A stretch of 34,704 nucleotides of DNA from Catajapyx aquilonaris (taxonomy: Eukaryota), in the NCBI GenBank assembly GCA_000934665.2, contig KZ539065.1, positions 1-34,704 of the forward strand, written 5' to 3'. Positions 21,401 through 34,054 of the stretch are shown one piece after another (position 1 is the stretch's first letter; the number at the start of each line of letters is the position of its first letter). Under the pieces are notes generated by a model. That model saw nothing but the letters and a program-made list of their open reading frames with translations, searched no databases and was not told the origin of the DNA. The position numbers and the translations under genes were made by a program.

Positions 21401-23939
21401 AGCATAAGTTAGGTCCATAATTTCAATGTAGTGATATGGAGCCAATGTTTCGGTCATTTTGACTACCCAGACAATGCCATCGCTATTTAGTAATGTGTAT
21501 GGAACATAATGCTTCAGCGACCACGATATATTGCCATGCAGAATGGACTTTTGTATACAGGGGGGTAAATTGATATCCATGTTTTGTTACGGTGGTGTTA
21601 TTAAGGTCCGAGGAACATAATGAAATAGGCAGCAGTGATTTAACAAAAACTAGATATAGGCCATTGGAAATGAAATAATTTTTGCAGACAAAATGCATTG
21701 TTAAACAGCTATATATACATGACTTCCTTTATGACATGTGCAGTGCTATACAATCATTGTTCAATATCATACGAGTATACTGTATCTCACTTTTTTCCAT
21801 GCGCAAAAATTTGTAACCACTTTACGGCTGTATAGCTGCAGTATATGGTGATTGGAGCATTACTTAAAAACCTGAACATGTACTATTATCTGATAGGACG
21901 GGACGATAATAATCAGCAGTGAGGTGTGAAAGGAAGAGAATTTAAGTGAAACCTAATATACATATTCGAATCACAATGTTCCGCAAAAGGTTTTCGTGAA
22001 TACACTGTAAACCGCAAAACATTAAAAGAGCATCACTGTGGTGAGTCGCCTATGGAGCATCAATTTTTAATGCTTTTCTGATGCAACAAAAAAGCGTCAC
22101 AAGAGCATTAAAAGTTGATACTCCATGGGAGACTCACCAGTGATGCTCTTTTAATGTTTTGCGGTTTACAGTGCTGTATATATAGATGAACATTATAAAT
22201 TATCGGACAACACTACTGAAACCGCTAGGAAAAATTTAAGGCTCGTATCCGGATTGGCGTACGTTTTCCGAACATCAAACTCATGACACTCCTCGCCGAT
22301 TTTCGTTTGCGTCGTTTAGGTTTTCCCCATTTTACAAGAGCATTATGTGAATGTATTCCTATCGCAGTAAGTCTCATCACTCACTCGTTAACTTAGTAAG
22401 CTATTCAACAGTAAGCAGGGTGCTCGAATAAATTATCACATAATTTTTCAAGTTTTTTGAGAATATGTAAAAAACTATTGCGGATGTTGATTTTGGAAAT
22501 TCTGGACAATTTATTATACGGCGATGTTCGTACATTAATTTTCACAAATGTGTGAAATTTTGTTTTTGGCATAGAAGGTAACCTTTGACCTCGGAGGTCA
22601 CAAATGTGAGTAACAGGGGATAGCTTCTTTTGCAGGCTATATCACATGACCTCCCACCCCAACCAGTTGTGCTAGAAAAATTTCTAACTGGCATGGACAA
22701 ATAATATACTCAATATATATAGGGGCAAAAATTTGTACAATTTCGCAAGGAATCCGGGTCCAACATTCGCATTTTCCCGAACATCATGATGGATAATAGC
22801 CTAAACCATATTCAAGAGTGTTGCAGAACATTCTAACGCCATCCGGAAATTTTCCGTATAGAACCGTTTTGTTTAGCGGTAAAGTCATTTGTGCTGTATA
22901 TAATAATACCACAAGATTTTATAATTTAGGTTAGACAAAACCTTCCTTAATTTCTTCCCATTGCATCCAGCGAATTCTATTGTTCACTATGTAAGCTCTG
23001 GTTATACCGTCTACATCTTTATGCTCGCGACTGTACAGCCAAACATTTTGTTTGCATTTTACGTGACTCATCCCGAATAACCCTGATGCATGAAATAACT
23101 GTATATATGCAGAGAAATGTGAAACTAACCTGCGCCTCTGTCAGCTGAAGTGCTGAAGCCAGGTACAGCCTCTCCGGACCTACCATGTACTGCTGCCTCT
23201 CAAACTCGGCTTCGAGGCGTTCAAGTTGCTCGGGTGTGAAGATGGTCCTGACCCTTTTGGCCTTCCCTGGTCTTCTGGACGACTGACCCACCGAGGAACT
23301 CCCTCCGCTTCCTCCACCCCCTTTTTCTGCCGAACCAAACAACAGACTGTATGAAACATTACCAATCGGAAACCACCCGGTGCATCCCAGCAGCAGTCGA
23401 CATATACCTGAAGGGTTGGTTTGATGGTGCGGCCTCCGACAAGGCACGAAACCATGGTGGTGATGGTGATGGTGGTGATGGTGAGGAGCTTCCCTCCTGA
23501 GGGTGGACGGCACCCCTCCGATCTGGTGGTGCTGGCCTTGTCTGCCCTGCTGGTGGTGGTGATGGTGCGGATGGGGACCTAATCCCAGGATGGAGGCGAT
23601 GGTGAAGGACTTGGTGGTGGCTGCCCCTCGCTTGTCAAACAGGTGGTGGTGGTGATGGTGGTGGTGGTGACCTGGGACTGCTTCGGATGCCCCTTCAGCA
23701 GCACCCACGCCTGACGCTGCTGCTCCGGCAGACACCTCGTTGCCGCTACTGCTGCCCAGTCCCAGTCGGTTGACGTTGTTGTTCGAAGAGTTGGCTTCTG
23801 GTAAGGACGATGTCTCCGGAGATGAAGGGGGGCTTTGGGAGGAGGAAGAGGAGGCCAAGTAGGGGTACTGCAGGCTGGCCAAGTCCAGAAGGGGGCCGAG
23901 GGGGCTGAAGGGGTAGGTCAGAAGAGGTGTCTGCAACAT
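18500..23939 (-). CDS. Noto: Noto/Not-family (ANTP class, NK-like) homeobox transcription factor, ~296 aa
   Basis: Exons (minus): 23408-23939, 23130-23326, 18500-18661. Homeodomain AKRVRTIFTPEQLERLEAEFERQQYMVGPERLYLASALQLTEAQ|VKVWFQNRRIKWRKQ has the Noto-type QQYMVG..R and RRIKWRK motifs, with a phase-0 intron at the common Q|VKVWF position. Also an eh1 motif FTIASIL (23586-23606), poly-His tracts and an acidic C-terminus ending ...DERDDK*. Confidence 0.93.
22003..22173. mobile_element. MITE with CACTG...CAGTG termini, in Noto intron 2
   Basis: Long TIRs cactgtaaaccgcaaaacattaaaagagcatcactg and cagtgatgctcttttaatgttttgcggtttacagtg; imperfect pairing continues almost to the centre. A second copy lies at 29394-29536. 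Confidence 0.88.
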
Positions 23940-25499
23940 TGTCCACCTTTGGATGGTTGCTTCAGCACTGACTAGTCACTCATGTGGAGGAAACTAGATG
24001 GATTCAGGTATTAGGCGGGNGGGGGGGCACGCGATGTCCACTCGCGCCGGTACTCACTAGCGTATGCGAATTACACACTCACGCGCATGCTGCCAAGAGA
24101 AAGCAATTTCGACACTGTTACATCACCTGTTCTCTGGTAAACCATCACTTATCATGCACAGCATGTAGCATATTATTATCAGTAATTTATACTAAACCAA
24201 AATTTAGGACAAAATATAGAGCATTAGTTCATCATGCAAGTGGTAAATGCGATGATCAACAGAAACATTGTTCGTTGTATATGGTGGGCAATAATTTCAT
24301 GTTCTTTTTAAATAGTTCAATAACTTATGTAGTGTGTAAAATAGTATATTTTGAATGGCTATAACACTACAGGCTATGGGCAATACACTGTACCACTTTA
24401 TTCGTGATGTGCATACAGAAGCAAGAGATGCATCCGAAATTAGGCAGGCATTTTCATGATAATAATTGCCACACCAGCTCTACATACACAGTAAAAGTAC
24501 AAAACTGACCCTAACAAAAACTAATAAATGTTTCATTCGTGACACATTACGTTTGATCTCTAGCCTAAGTCCTGAAAACGCAGTAATACGAGATGTAGAT
24601 GTAGTACAATGGCATGCAACGTAAGCATTTCTCGCACAAGCGATTATATGCATTAATATTAATTTCCACATCTATCGATCCGAAATATCTATCAGAAAAC
24701 AGTGTGTCGCTACTTGAATATGTCGTAGGCCTACAGAGAGTGCTTTAGAACTTACAGGTAGCATAATAATTCCCAACGGCAATTTTTCTCGACATAGCGC
24801 CAAAGGCATGTGATTCCTTAATTTCCTTAATTCCTTAATTTCAACAGATAACATCTCTAAATGTGAAATTGCTTTAGGCATAGAGCCCGTATGGCTGTTT
24901 CATTAGGCATACTCATTAACGTGCCGCAATGAAGAATTATTCAGTGTACTGAATTATATAGTAGGCCTATATCATGTAACACGCGGGGCACAAATGCACT
25001 CAATCAAACTTGGAATAGCTCAAAGCAGAGTTGTACCACATAGATTAATGTTTTACGCTGCTTTCCCATGCGCTGATACGCAGTACCAAACAATAACATC
25101 GGCGAAATACTCGAAATGTAACATACCGGTACGCGTAAATGCCACTCTAAGTCAGAATCTTACACGTGAAACCCCAACCGACACACTCGCATACCAGCCA
25201 CGAAAGATGAAAGGTTGTACATTACGTGACGGACAAGTGACGAACATCTGTCAGCCTGATGACGGACGCGTGTCCTCTTGAGTCCCACCTCACTGTCTCC
25301 CCGATCTTGCTGGAATAATCAGCGTGCAATTAACACCGGTAGGATGATGGTCTGCTGCGCAGGTAGTAAAACGTGGGTTATGTTGTGGTGAGTGTGAGAG
25401 GAAGGCAAGATGGGGGTGTGAAGAGAGAGGGCCTGCCTGGACTGGTTTGAGCAGAGAAGGCAGCAAGCAGGCAGCTCCAGGCCGTGATGGAGCTTAGGG

Positions 25500-25672
25500 A
25501 GAAAGGGGCGGGGCCTGTTCTGTGTAGTACAGTGAGTATAGGTCCGTGGGGCGGAGGGTTTTGGCACTGGAGCCCCGCCCCTCTTTGCCCCCAATCTGCG
25601 GTCGCCTGATGGAGCCAATTCCCCGGCTGCATGCCGCGGTTGCCTTCATCAGACCCAAATGCTCATTAGCCT
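25500..25672. promoter_or_regulatory. GC-box/CCAAT cluster upstream of Noto (candidate promoter or enhancer)
   Basis: ggggcgggg 25505-25513, ggggcggagg 25548-25557, ccccgcccc 25573-25581, ccaat at 25591 and 25615, ctcattagcc near 25663. Motif evidence only. Confidence 0.35.
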
Positions 25673-28336
25673 AAGCCATGTCGCAGCACTGTTGCCACCT
25701 CCACTTGCATTTTGTCGCGGCACACCCCGACACGTTTAGTTGTCGGATATGGGGCAGGGCAGTATCACTTGATTCAGTCTAAAAACAAACTCTATAAACG
25801 GTGTGATGTTGAAATGTTTTTACGATTTGAGGAATTGAGGCAATGTTTCTTATGAACACTCTCGAAGGTGGAGCAAGTTCCCAATTCATTGTTCCCAAGT
25901 AAAGTGCCTCCTATAATAATGACAACATAAACAAATGGGAGGAAGACTTATTTGACCTACATGTATGTACGTATCTCTGATGTCGATCTTCTTGTCAGTG
26001 TCTGCGGTTGTTGTTCGGCTGTGTGCAATACACCGGGTTATCTGATCGGCTCTCCTGCTGATGGAATGATGAACTGAATGTATACACTCGGAGGGTACAC
26101 TTGGGCTGAGCTCCCCAAAGTCACTTTGATCCCTTTTGCGGATGGCCGACGTCCACCAATAAACCCACTGGTAATCCTCACTGAAAAGGATTTACACCGA
26201 GCTTGACTTTTGCTGACCTTTTCCAGCCGGTGGTCGTCCTGCTGGAAATAACACTTCCCAAAATCTGACCCCCCCCNNNNNNNNNNNNNNNNNNNNNNNN
26301 NNNNNNCCCCCCCCCCCCCCCGGGAGTCTTGCCCCGGAATGTCAAGGAGAAGGCAGGGACTCCGAAGAATAAATGGGTCAGGAGGCAAGGGAGCTGTAAT
26401 TTTGGCACTGTTGTCCCATTTTAAAGCCCCGGGGTAAAAACGGCTTAGAGCGGCAAAATGCAACGAGGATTATCTCTATTTTGGGAAAACCAAGAGGTCC
26501 ACCCAGACACCAAGGCCAGTAGATAGACCAAGCTGTAGACGCTGCCCTGGAGGAGAAAAGTAATGAATGGCAACCAGTGATTCATAAACTGTTTCGTATG
26601 GCAAGAATTTCCATTCTTCCCCAAATGCTAATATATAGGGTTTTTAACCAGTGGCGTACTGTACTGCTACAGAGGCATATTCTGCTACATACAAATCATA
26701 AACATTCGCCCATACACCATACTAAAATAATTTCGCTGTGAGAGTAAACAGATGAGACTGATTATTATTTAAAAATATATGATTCGCACCGAAATATATA
26801 TTTTTTTACGTCAGCAGGCAATGACTTCCGACATTGTTGCATTAACAACTCGATTTGAGTATGCTGTAATATGGTGTATTAATAAAAATCTGACAGATCC
26901 CAAACAAAGACATGAATTAGCTCATCGTCAGATATGCACATTTACAAACTTCTCCCGGGGCGGCACACCATATGACACAGTTTATCTGGAGTGTCCTTCA
27001 GAAAAAAAAATGAACAGCCTTCCGCCATAAGAGAAACTGTTCATTTCATTTATTCCTCATTGCTATAATAATCTCTGGTTAATGACATACTTGGCAATAT
27101 GAATTCAGTTGGCCTTGGTGAAGGGTTCTGATTGACAACATTAACAGGTATTGAATTGATAAAATAATACTTCTTTGTGTGTGCCTCAATTGATACTTAT
27201 ATTTTGAATCCTGCTGCCAATCAATTCATTTCATTTTCTCCATTAGGCTCACAGAACATGTATTACTGTGTGCACCCATTGGAATTTCATTACAATAATG
27301 TTGCATGTCTTTTACGTATGTGGCTGATCAACTCATACTATGAGGCGCGCAACATCCAGTAATACCTGCAGACGCTGCAGTCAATCCAGTGTGCATCCAG
27401 CATCTGTCCATTGCTGTAGATGAGTGAGTGACGAGCGAGGCATCCATCCATCCATCCAGCAAGAGGGTCTGGTAGTGAGCTAGACGAGCAGCAGTGAGGC
27501 CCAAATTGAAATCAATGAAAGGGGTTGGGGAGGAAAAGCGTCGGGGCTCCGGCTTTGAATTCCCCGATTATTAACAGTGAACTGGCCAAATTCCTGAAAC
27601 CCAATTACTGGGCGGGGACAAGAGGAAAAGGCAATAACGACAATCTCGGTGACATAGTTGAGGCGGCAGGGAGGCAGCGCTGGCTTTCAGGGGGACGACT
27701 TTTATTCCCCCAGCCCCCCACCTAGTCATCCTCTTCTACTTCGGTTATTATGTATTGGGACACATATCGGTTTCCGATTGTAGTCAGGAGACATTATGTA
27801 GGGGACGGGCGGGTCGGGGGAGGAACAACAACATGTCAGTGGAGGGAAGTATAGATGCGGGGCTGCAAAATCTGTCCTTGTTTTTGGGAGGGAAATGTTA
27901 CTGTACAGAATAATTATGGTAGTCGAGTTTCGGAAGGTGACCAAATTGCCGACATTGTCAGAACAAGTTTATAATACAAATAATTACGCAAGATTTAGAG
28001 AGAGAAAATATCCTTCTTTGGAGCCAGGTCTTCTTTTGTACAAGCACATTGAAAGTCCGTTCTTTTGAAGTGCCAATATATTGTAAAAATGCCTCGCCGC
28101 AGCAGATGCTGGCCCATTTGATCTAATTGCACTCATCTAGCAGTTGATGCTTTGTATATGCCTACACCTGTCATGGAATGACTGATTGGGGGTTTTAATA
28201 TTATCATGTCATTCCGGTCCTTTCTCATCTTCCTATTCTCCCCGTCTCCCCAACGCTGTTTGCTGATTTAGTACTAGTAATTAGATTCTGTGAAGCAAGG
28301 GAGGTGGACGAAGACTAATACAGTTTTAATAAAAAT

Positions 28337-28363
28337 AACAACAACAACAACAACAACAACAAC
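28337..28363 (+). repeat. (AAC)9 microsatellite
   Basis: Read directly from the sequence. Confidence 0.9.
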
Positions 28364-28906
28364 AAAGCAATGCATTAATTCACATTCCCAGTATGGCACA
28401 AACTTGTACAGTATTATTATCATTATAATACAACAATAAAATAGCTGGAACTGGCAGGGAAGGGTCCCCGAGAGGGTAGTTTTCAAGTCACATCAGACAA
28501 TGGGGAATTACAGACCATTTCTCTAAGCCCTGGGTAGATTAATGGTGTGAAACAGTGCAAGCCTGCCTCCGATAGACATGTGGAAAAGTGGTAAAAGACG
28601 CAACCATCGGAAGGTGACAGGGGCAGGATCCTGTGCACAGCCTTCATGATGGCCTTGGCAGAGGCTCAACAATCAGATGGTCACTAATCTTACCTGAGTG
28701 AGGTAGCAAGTGTTGAAAGCAATAATCCTGATTAATTCCAATAGTGACGGCGGAGATATAGGGGGGATAATGCTTGCCCGTTCAGGTGCGTTCAGGCCCA
28801 CAAATCGAAAAAAAGCCTGTCGTGGTACGTATACACTGTCACTCTAGTGAAACCTGATTGAACTACTTGCACTGCTTCTGATTATCATCATGACCATTGT
28901 TTAGAC

Positions 28907-29161
28907 AAGTGTTCCCAACCTGTGGATCGCGACCCCCAAGCCTTTTCCGGGCCAGGTCGCGCGTGGCCGCGGTTATTTTTCTAAATTAAAAAATAACTGA
29001 AATAAAAAAATAATAATAAACTAAATTTTACATGGAATTTCATCACGAAGGTTTTTCTCAACACCTAACTTACTAATAACACTTGGTGAGGAGGAGGGGG
29101 TCGCAGGTTACTTGACTATCATAAAAGAGGGTCGCGACCCGAAAAAGGTTGGGAACCATTG
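28907..29161. mobile_element. Non-autonomous hAT (Charlie-like) MITE
   Basis: Termini aagtgttcccaacct and aggttgggaaccattg; repeated subterminal ggtcgc/gcgacc motifs; 8-bp flanks gtttagac (28899-28906) and gtttagag (29162-29169). Confidence 0.8.
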
Positions 29162-29393
29162 GTTTAGAGTTTAGACAGTCTGCCTTGATTTGTTTATACA
29201 CAAGTGCAAGCGTCCAGATGATAACCCCTTGTGTGAACATGCATGTTCACCAAGTAGGCCTACAAAGTACTTGCCCTAAGTCATAATTATTGGGCTACCC
29301 CCTAAGAAATGGAGCGGTGGGGTTATACACAGGATGTGATAAAAAGTTTCCATTAAGATTATTTGGACTTTAGAAATCACTATTGTCCGAATA

Positions 29394-29536
29394 CACTGTA
29401 AACTGTAAAACATTAAAAGAGCATCAATGATGAGTGTCCCATGGAGCATCAATTTTTATTGCTCTTCTAATGTTCTTGTGATGCTTTTTTGTTGCTAAAA
29501 ATGATCTCTTATTAATGTTTTGCGGTTTATACAGTG
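29394..29536. mobile_element. Second, degenerate copy of the CACTG-ended MITE
   Basis: cactgtaaactgtaaaacattaaaagagcatca...atggagcatcaattttta...ttaatgttttgcggtttatacagtg; clear similarity to 22003-22173. Confidence 0.8.
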
Positions 29537-30234
29537 CAATCCTATAATAAGTCAAACTGAATATACTTGGTAATGTCAAACGAGTGCAGTGTAATTCAAA
29601 AGCCATGCTGATAGCAGGAGCTGCATATGTGCAATGCAAATTTGGTCACATCATGGGTTCAGATTTTTGGGAATTTTTTACTCAACAAAATGTAAGTTGC
29701 AGAATTTCATGACAATATTTTAATTGGTTTTGTTGCATGTCGACTTACCATGACAAAATTAGAGCATGACGCTATGACTATATAAATCTGATATAAATTG
29801 CTGCAAAGGGTTTGGGCTACACTTTCACTTCGGGAGATGCCCCACTTTTACCTACTTTACTAGGCTTGTACCTGCTGAAGGATAGGTGTGTATCCGCCTC
29901 GCCAGGAAGGAAAGTTAGGTCATGGGTTATGTTGGTAGTGTACCCATACTCCTTCCAAATTCGGTCAGCCGATATGAAAGTCCTTCCAGGGTTTGTTTAC
30001 AATGATCTATTTTGTCAACCTATGATGTCATGTCATTTAAGACATATCATGCATAATTATGGTGTCAACATTAATGAACATAAAAACAAGTTTCCCCTGA
30101 AGGTTGTGGGGAAAGAAATCCATTGGCGTGATACCAATGAAATATGTAGGAATACATAAGGTTAAAATGCAACAAAACTTCCTCACTGTAAAATGCCAAA
30201 GTCAGGACCTTCTTGTGGTACTCAAAATGAAAGC

Positions 30235-30240
30235 TTTATT
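30235..30240 (-). terminator. Putative Bub3 poly(A) signal
   Basis: AATAAA on the minus strand ~70 nt after the stop codon at 30311-30313. Confidence 0.6.
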
Positions 30241-30310
30241 ATTTTACTTGATGTTTCTTAGAATACAATAGTTAAATACAAATGGTGAACTTAGAAACGG
30301 GCACGACACA

Positions 30311-33300
30311 TTATTTTGGCTTGGTTTCTTGGTCAGTTACGTAACGAATGTAGACACTGTCTTCAGCAATTGTCTCAGGTGGTTCATAATGCTCGAAAAG
30401 GTATGAGCAAGCAATTGCCAGGGCAGATCCTGAAAAACAAGAAAACAATATTAAACATTAATTTTATTATGAAAATGCTTGGGAGATAGTAGGTACTGAT
30501 AACTGAAGTCTGGATTTTTAGGAAAATGGCTATTTGGTTCCTTTACAGTTAGGATGGTATTGTGAAGAGATCTATCCATTTCATAAGTGCAGGATGTGGA
30601 AAATCCAGGTTTTATAGTGCCTAAAATTGCGTTTTCATGGCTTTGGGAACTCTTTTGCCTATTCTGGCCTTTTCCGCCTATTTGGTCTTTTTTGGGATAG
30701 TTTTTGACCTTTTTGAAGCAATTTCGGGACTTGGCCTATTCCAGACCTATTCCTTCAGAGGCATATTATTTTAGCTGAGTATTTTTGTGCTCTTGAAAGG
30801 ACCAAAATCGTTCACAAGTAATACGAATCATGTTGCCGTGACGAGTACGAGCCGGAAAGCCTTTGAAATCAGAGGAAAACTTTAAGACAAATATTTGGCA
30901 ACATACAGTGCAAGTGGAAACTGGCTATGAGTGGTAGAGTCCAGAGCAAGTGATGCTTGCACTTCATGTCTTTTGCCCAAGTTTTGTGATTCTCTGTCAG
31001 TTTATCGTTGTTATTAGGTTTTTGCTCTGGTTTGTGACCTTATATTGATACTTTAGGCCTATAAAATTTGTTTTTCGCTTTTAAATTTTCTGTCACATTA
31101 TCCTCCATATGCCCGCAAAAGTAAAATTTTCGTGCCTACTGGAGGTGTGTTTGTGCCTATTTCAGAGTTTTCTTCGTGCCTAAAAATCCGGACTAGACTG
31201 ATAACACACAATAACAACTATTATAACATCAAATTTCACTACTTTTCAACAAAAAAAAAATCTGTTTCAATTGCAGACCAATCCAATCAGATATGACCTA
31301 TCCTGATTTGGTATTCTACATGATTTTTCAAGTTGCTCTTGACCTTACAAGTCAAATCTACCATTTTAACCTTACAAGTGCACCAAGAAAAGTCCAAAAA
31401 TTTAGAAGAAATGGGAAGAAATTTTTTCCAATAAATATTCCCTGCGAATGAGGCAAGAAAAAGCTCACCATCATGGCTGAAGCACAGTGAGGAGATGGAG
31501 GTTGGATATCGATGGAACTGACACAAACGCTTCTTGTTGAAGCCATCCCATATGTTAACGTATCCATCAGATCCTCCAGTTGCAAAGGTATTGTAAGCAC
31601 TGTGAAAGCTGCACAAACAAAAGATATTAGTGATTGACTTGAATAATTATAAAGTACATGATAATAACCTGATTGCATTGACAGGGAAGATTCTCTCAAT
31701 CCCATTTTCCTTTATCCGATGGCACTTAAATGCATATTTCTTCTTTTGTATCTCAGGATTGGGGTCCAGGTACTCCACTGCTACTCGGCCTTCAATACTG
31801 CTCAATACGTATCCCTGGAAAATCCCAACAGAATTGCAGGCATTAATCATAACTCTTGGGGACCTATGCACACAACTTTGCTGTGCAATGGTGCATAGCA
31901 TTCCATCAATGAGCATGATACACTTGACAATTTTATAACTGAAACCCTTGGGAACCACCATTTTCGGAATTAAAAATGGTACAGATATGCACATACTGCA
32001 TCTCCTCATATAAGTGCAGTATGCACGTAATACTGTATATTCAGAATTTTAGATGACGGTATTGTCAATTGTATGCACTTGTGTATGGTCTGAGAAGAAT
32101 AGGTCGAGACACTCGCTGCCATCTTCCGTGCCGTTAACCCTTCCCACATTGGCGCTACTATATCTGCAATGGAATCACGGTGAGAAATACTACTCGCTGG
32201 GTTCATCCGGCAGCCATCTTGGTGTAGCGCTATTGGTAGCACGTGTTAATGCAGAGTTGTACTGTCAGGGTCCCCAGTTGTTATGATGCAGCGAGTAGTA
32301 TTCCAGTGGGAATACACTAGTGCTTGGGTGGGAAGAAATAACGGCACATTTTTATATTGGGCTGGGATAGAAGTGTCCAGGGGCTGCTCCTGTGCCACTA
32401 CATTGCTGTGTGGGAGAACTATGCACCCATTGAAACACATACCTGTTTGTTTGGAAAGCATCGGATGCATCTCGTCTGGTACTTGAGGGATGATTCACGT
32501 CGGAGCTGGACGTAACCCATGTTGCGCAGGTCCCACATGAACACCTTTCGTCCTGCTGTACCAACCACCAACTTTTCTCCACACAAACTCATGGTGTACA
32601 CCTGATGTAAAGTAATTGCACATGGTTTAATTCTTATGACCTCACAATTATATACCTTAGCTTTAAATTGCACAACAAAAAATCACTGTACCAAGAAGAC
32701 TTGAGCAGAAGAGAAGCGATCACGCAATGTAAAAAGTGTGACTGGCTCAAGCCCTGTTATAGTTCAAATTGGAGCTGCTGCAGCCCTGGCGTTGCCAATG
32801 GACATGACGTCACCTACCATATGTCAGTGCAGTACCGTATTCAAATTTCAGTTCGACTAAGTTTTTATTTTGTTTCGATTTTATTTTGGGTCGTGTTGAT
32901 CGTATTCAATTTTGTTGATTATTCCCGCTCAACTTTTCAAAACTAGCCATAAAGAGTCGAACGCAATGAGATAGAACACGGCGGACTCCTTCCACTTCCT
33001 GCCATCAACCGATGGTTTTTCCAGGGCGTTGCAGAACGTTTGCGAAACTCTTTTCCATGCATTATGCCATGGCCTACTGTGTCATAATACTGCAGGTGAA
33101 GTGATAATACCAAATTATTAAATAACTTGGAATTTACAATTTTGGGTCGACTACAGCACTGCATCCGCTCCAATCGGAAACTCTCTGTTCCTTTCCCGGG
33201 TTGTCAATAGGCGAATTACATTAAGTCGTCCCCTCTCCTCTTTCTACTCCTGTTGACTGTACCTTATCTGGTTGTGTGTATGTTCCAGAGCAACATGGAG

Positions 33301-33546
33301 TCCGAGGGTCCCACAGTTTGACAGTTGCATCCCAGCTCCCTGTGACCATCACGTTGACTTCAGGACAATACTCAATGCATCTTATGGCATTGTCATGGCG
33401 TCCTACCACCATTTCTGAAAGTAAGACCACCATTTACTAGCTGATATAGTATTGCACAAGCTTTACACAGACATACCAGTGTTGCTGTTAAAGTCATACA
33501 CCTTGAGAGTGTTGTCCAGGCCTCCACTGTAGGAATGTACTGCATC
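30311..33546 (-). CDS. Bub3: Mitotic checkpoint protein Bub3 (WD40), 5'-partial
   Basis: Exons (minus): 33477-33546 [20 protein letters not shown]; 33263-33414 [32 protein letters not shown]; 32443-32601 [20 protein letters not shown]...[20 protein letters not shown]; 31669-31814 [18 protein letters not shown]...[10 protein letters not shown]; 31469-31608 [27 protein letters not shown]; 30311-30429 ...[13 protein letters not shown]. The N-terminal exon(s) are not found in the window. Confidence 0.96.
30504..31197. mobile_element. Non-autonomous hAT-like DNA transposon in the last Bub3 intron
   Basis: TIR cores gtctggatttttagg and cctaaaaatccggac; perfect 8-bp TSD ctgataac at 30496-30503 and 31198-31205; repeated internal gccta(tt) motifs. 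Confidence 0.82.
32128..32347. repeat. Imperfect inverted repeat in a Bub3 intron (degenerate MITE or hairpin)
   Basis: gtgccgtta..ttcccac...aatactactcgctg pairs with cagcgagtagtatt...gtgggaa..taacggcac; 14-bp perfect inner stem and 9-bp perfect outer stem. Confidence 0.7.
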
Positions 33547-33677
33547 CTGAAATTTAAGTTACTGAGTTAGGACATTTCATGCTACTCTGTTTACATTTTT
33601 AAAAAGCAGTGCAGCCTTGGCAGTAGGCCAGGTAATACAGATTAGGACTAGAAATAGGCAACATTCATATCGTGTCA

Positions 33678-34054
33678 GGGAGGCGGAGTGGCGCTGCGGT
33701 AATATATGTGCCCACAGATGTTAAGGTCCCGGGTTCAAACCCAACCTGGGGTTCCCCCCTTCATCTCGTGAAGAGTTGGGCCACCTCTGGCTTTGTCTCG
33801 GGTGGAAATTTCCTCTAGAGTCTAGACTAATCCACCCGAGGGAGTTCACAAAATGACCAAGCAATGACATTGGACTTGCACTTTGCACATTACATCCCCT
33901 CCTAGCTACCTTGATTGTGGACCAACTAAATAATAGTAAAATTATACACATGGTTTCAAATAGGGTGGTATTCCCACCCCCCTTTAGAGGGCCTTTCGGC
34001 CCTAGCACCGGGACACATATTTAATAAATCTCTATCTCTTCTCTTCTCTTCTCT
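33678..34054 (+). mobile_element. tRNA-derived SINE, copy 1
   Basis: A box tggcgctgcgg (33689-33699), B box ggttcaaacc (33732-33741), body shared with the inverted copy at 34340-34587, 3' hairpin agggcc-tttc-ggccct (33988-34003), AATAAA and a (tctct)n tail. Confidence 0.75.

Noticed and set aside
23019..23129. C-terminus of the 306-aa ORF (VSFTFLCIY...) as a truncated homeodomain or pseudogene
   Set aside because: This is intron read-through; the helix-3 exon VKVWFQNRR is intact at 18500-18661.
29233..29250. Perfect 18-bp palindrome gtgaacatgcatgttcac
   Set aside because: Isolated, with no supporting context.
33678..33752. tRNA gene
   Set aside because: A and B boxes are present but there is no good cloverleaf, and it continues into a repeated body, so it is a SINE head.
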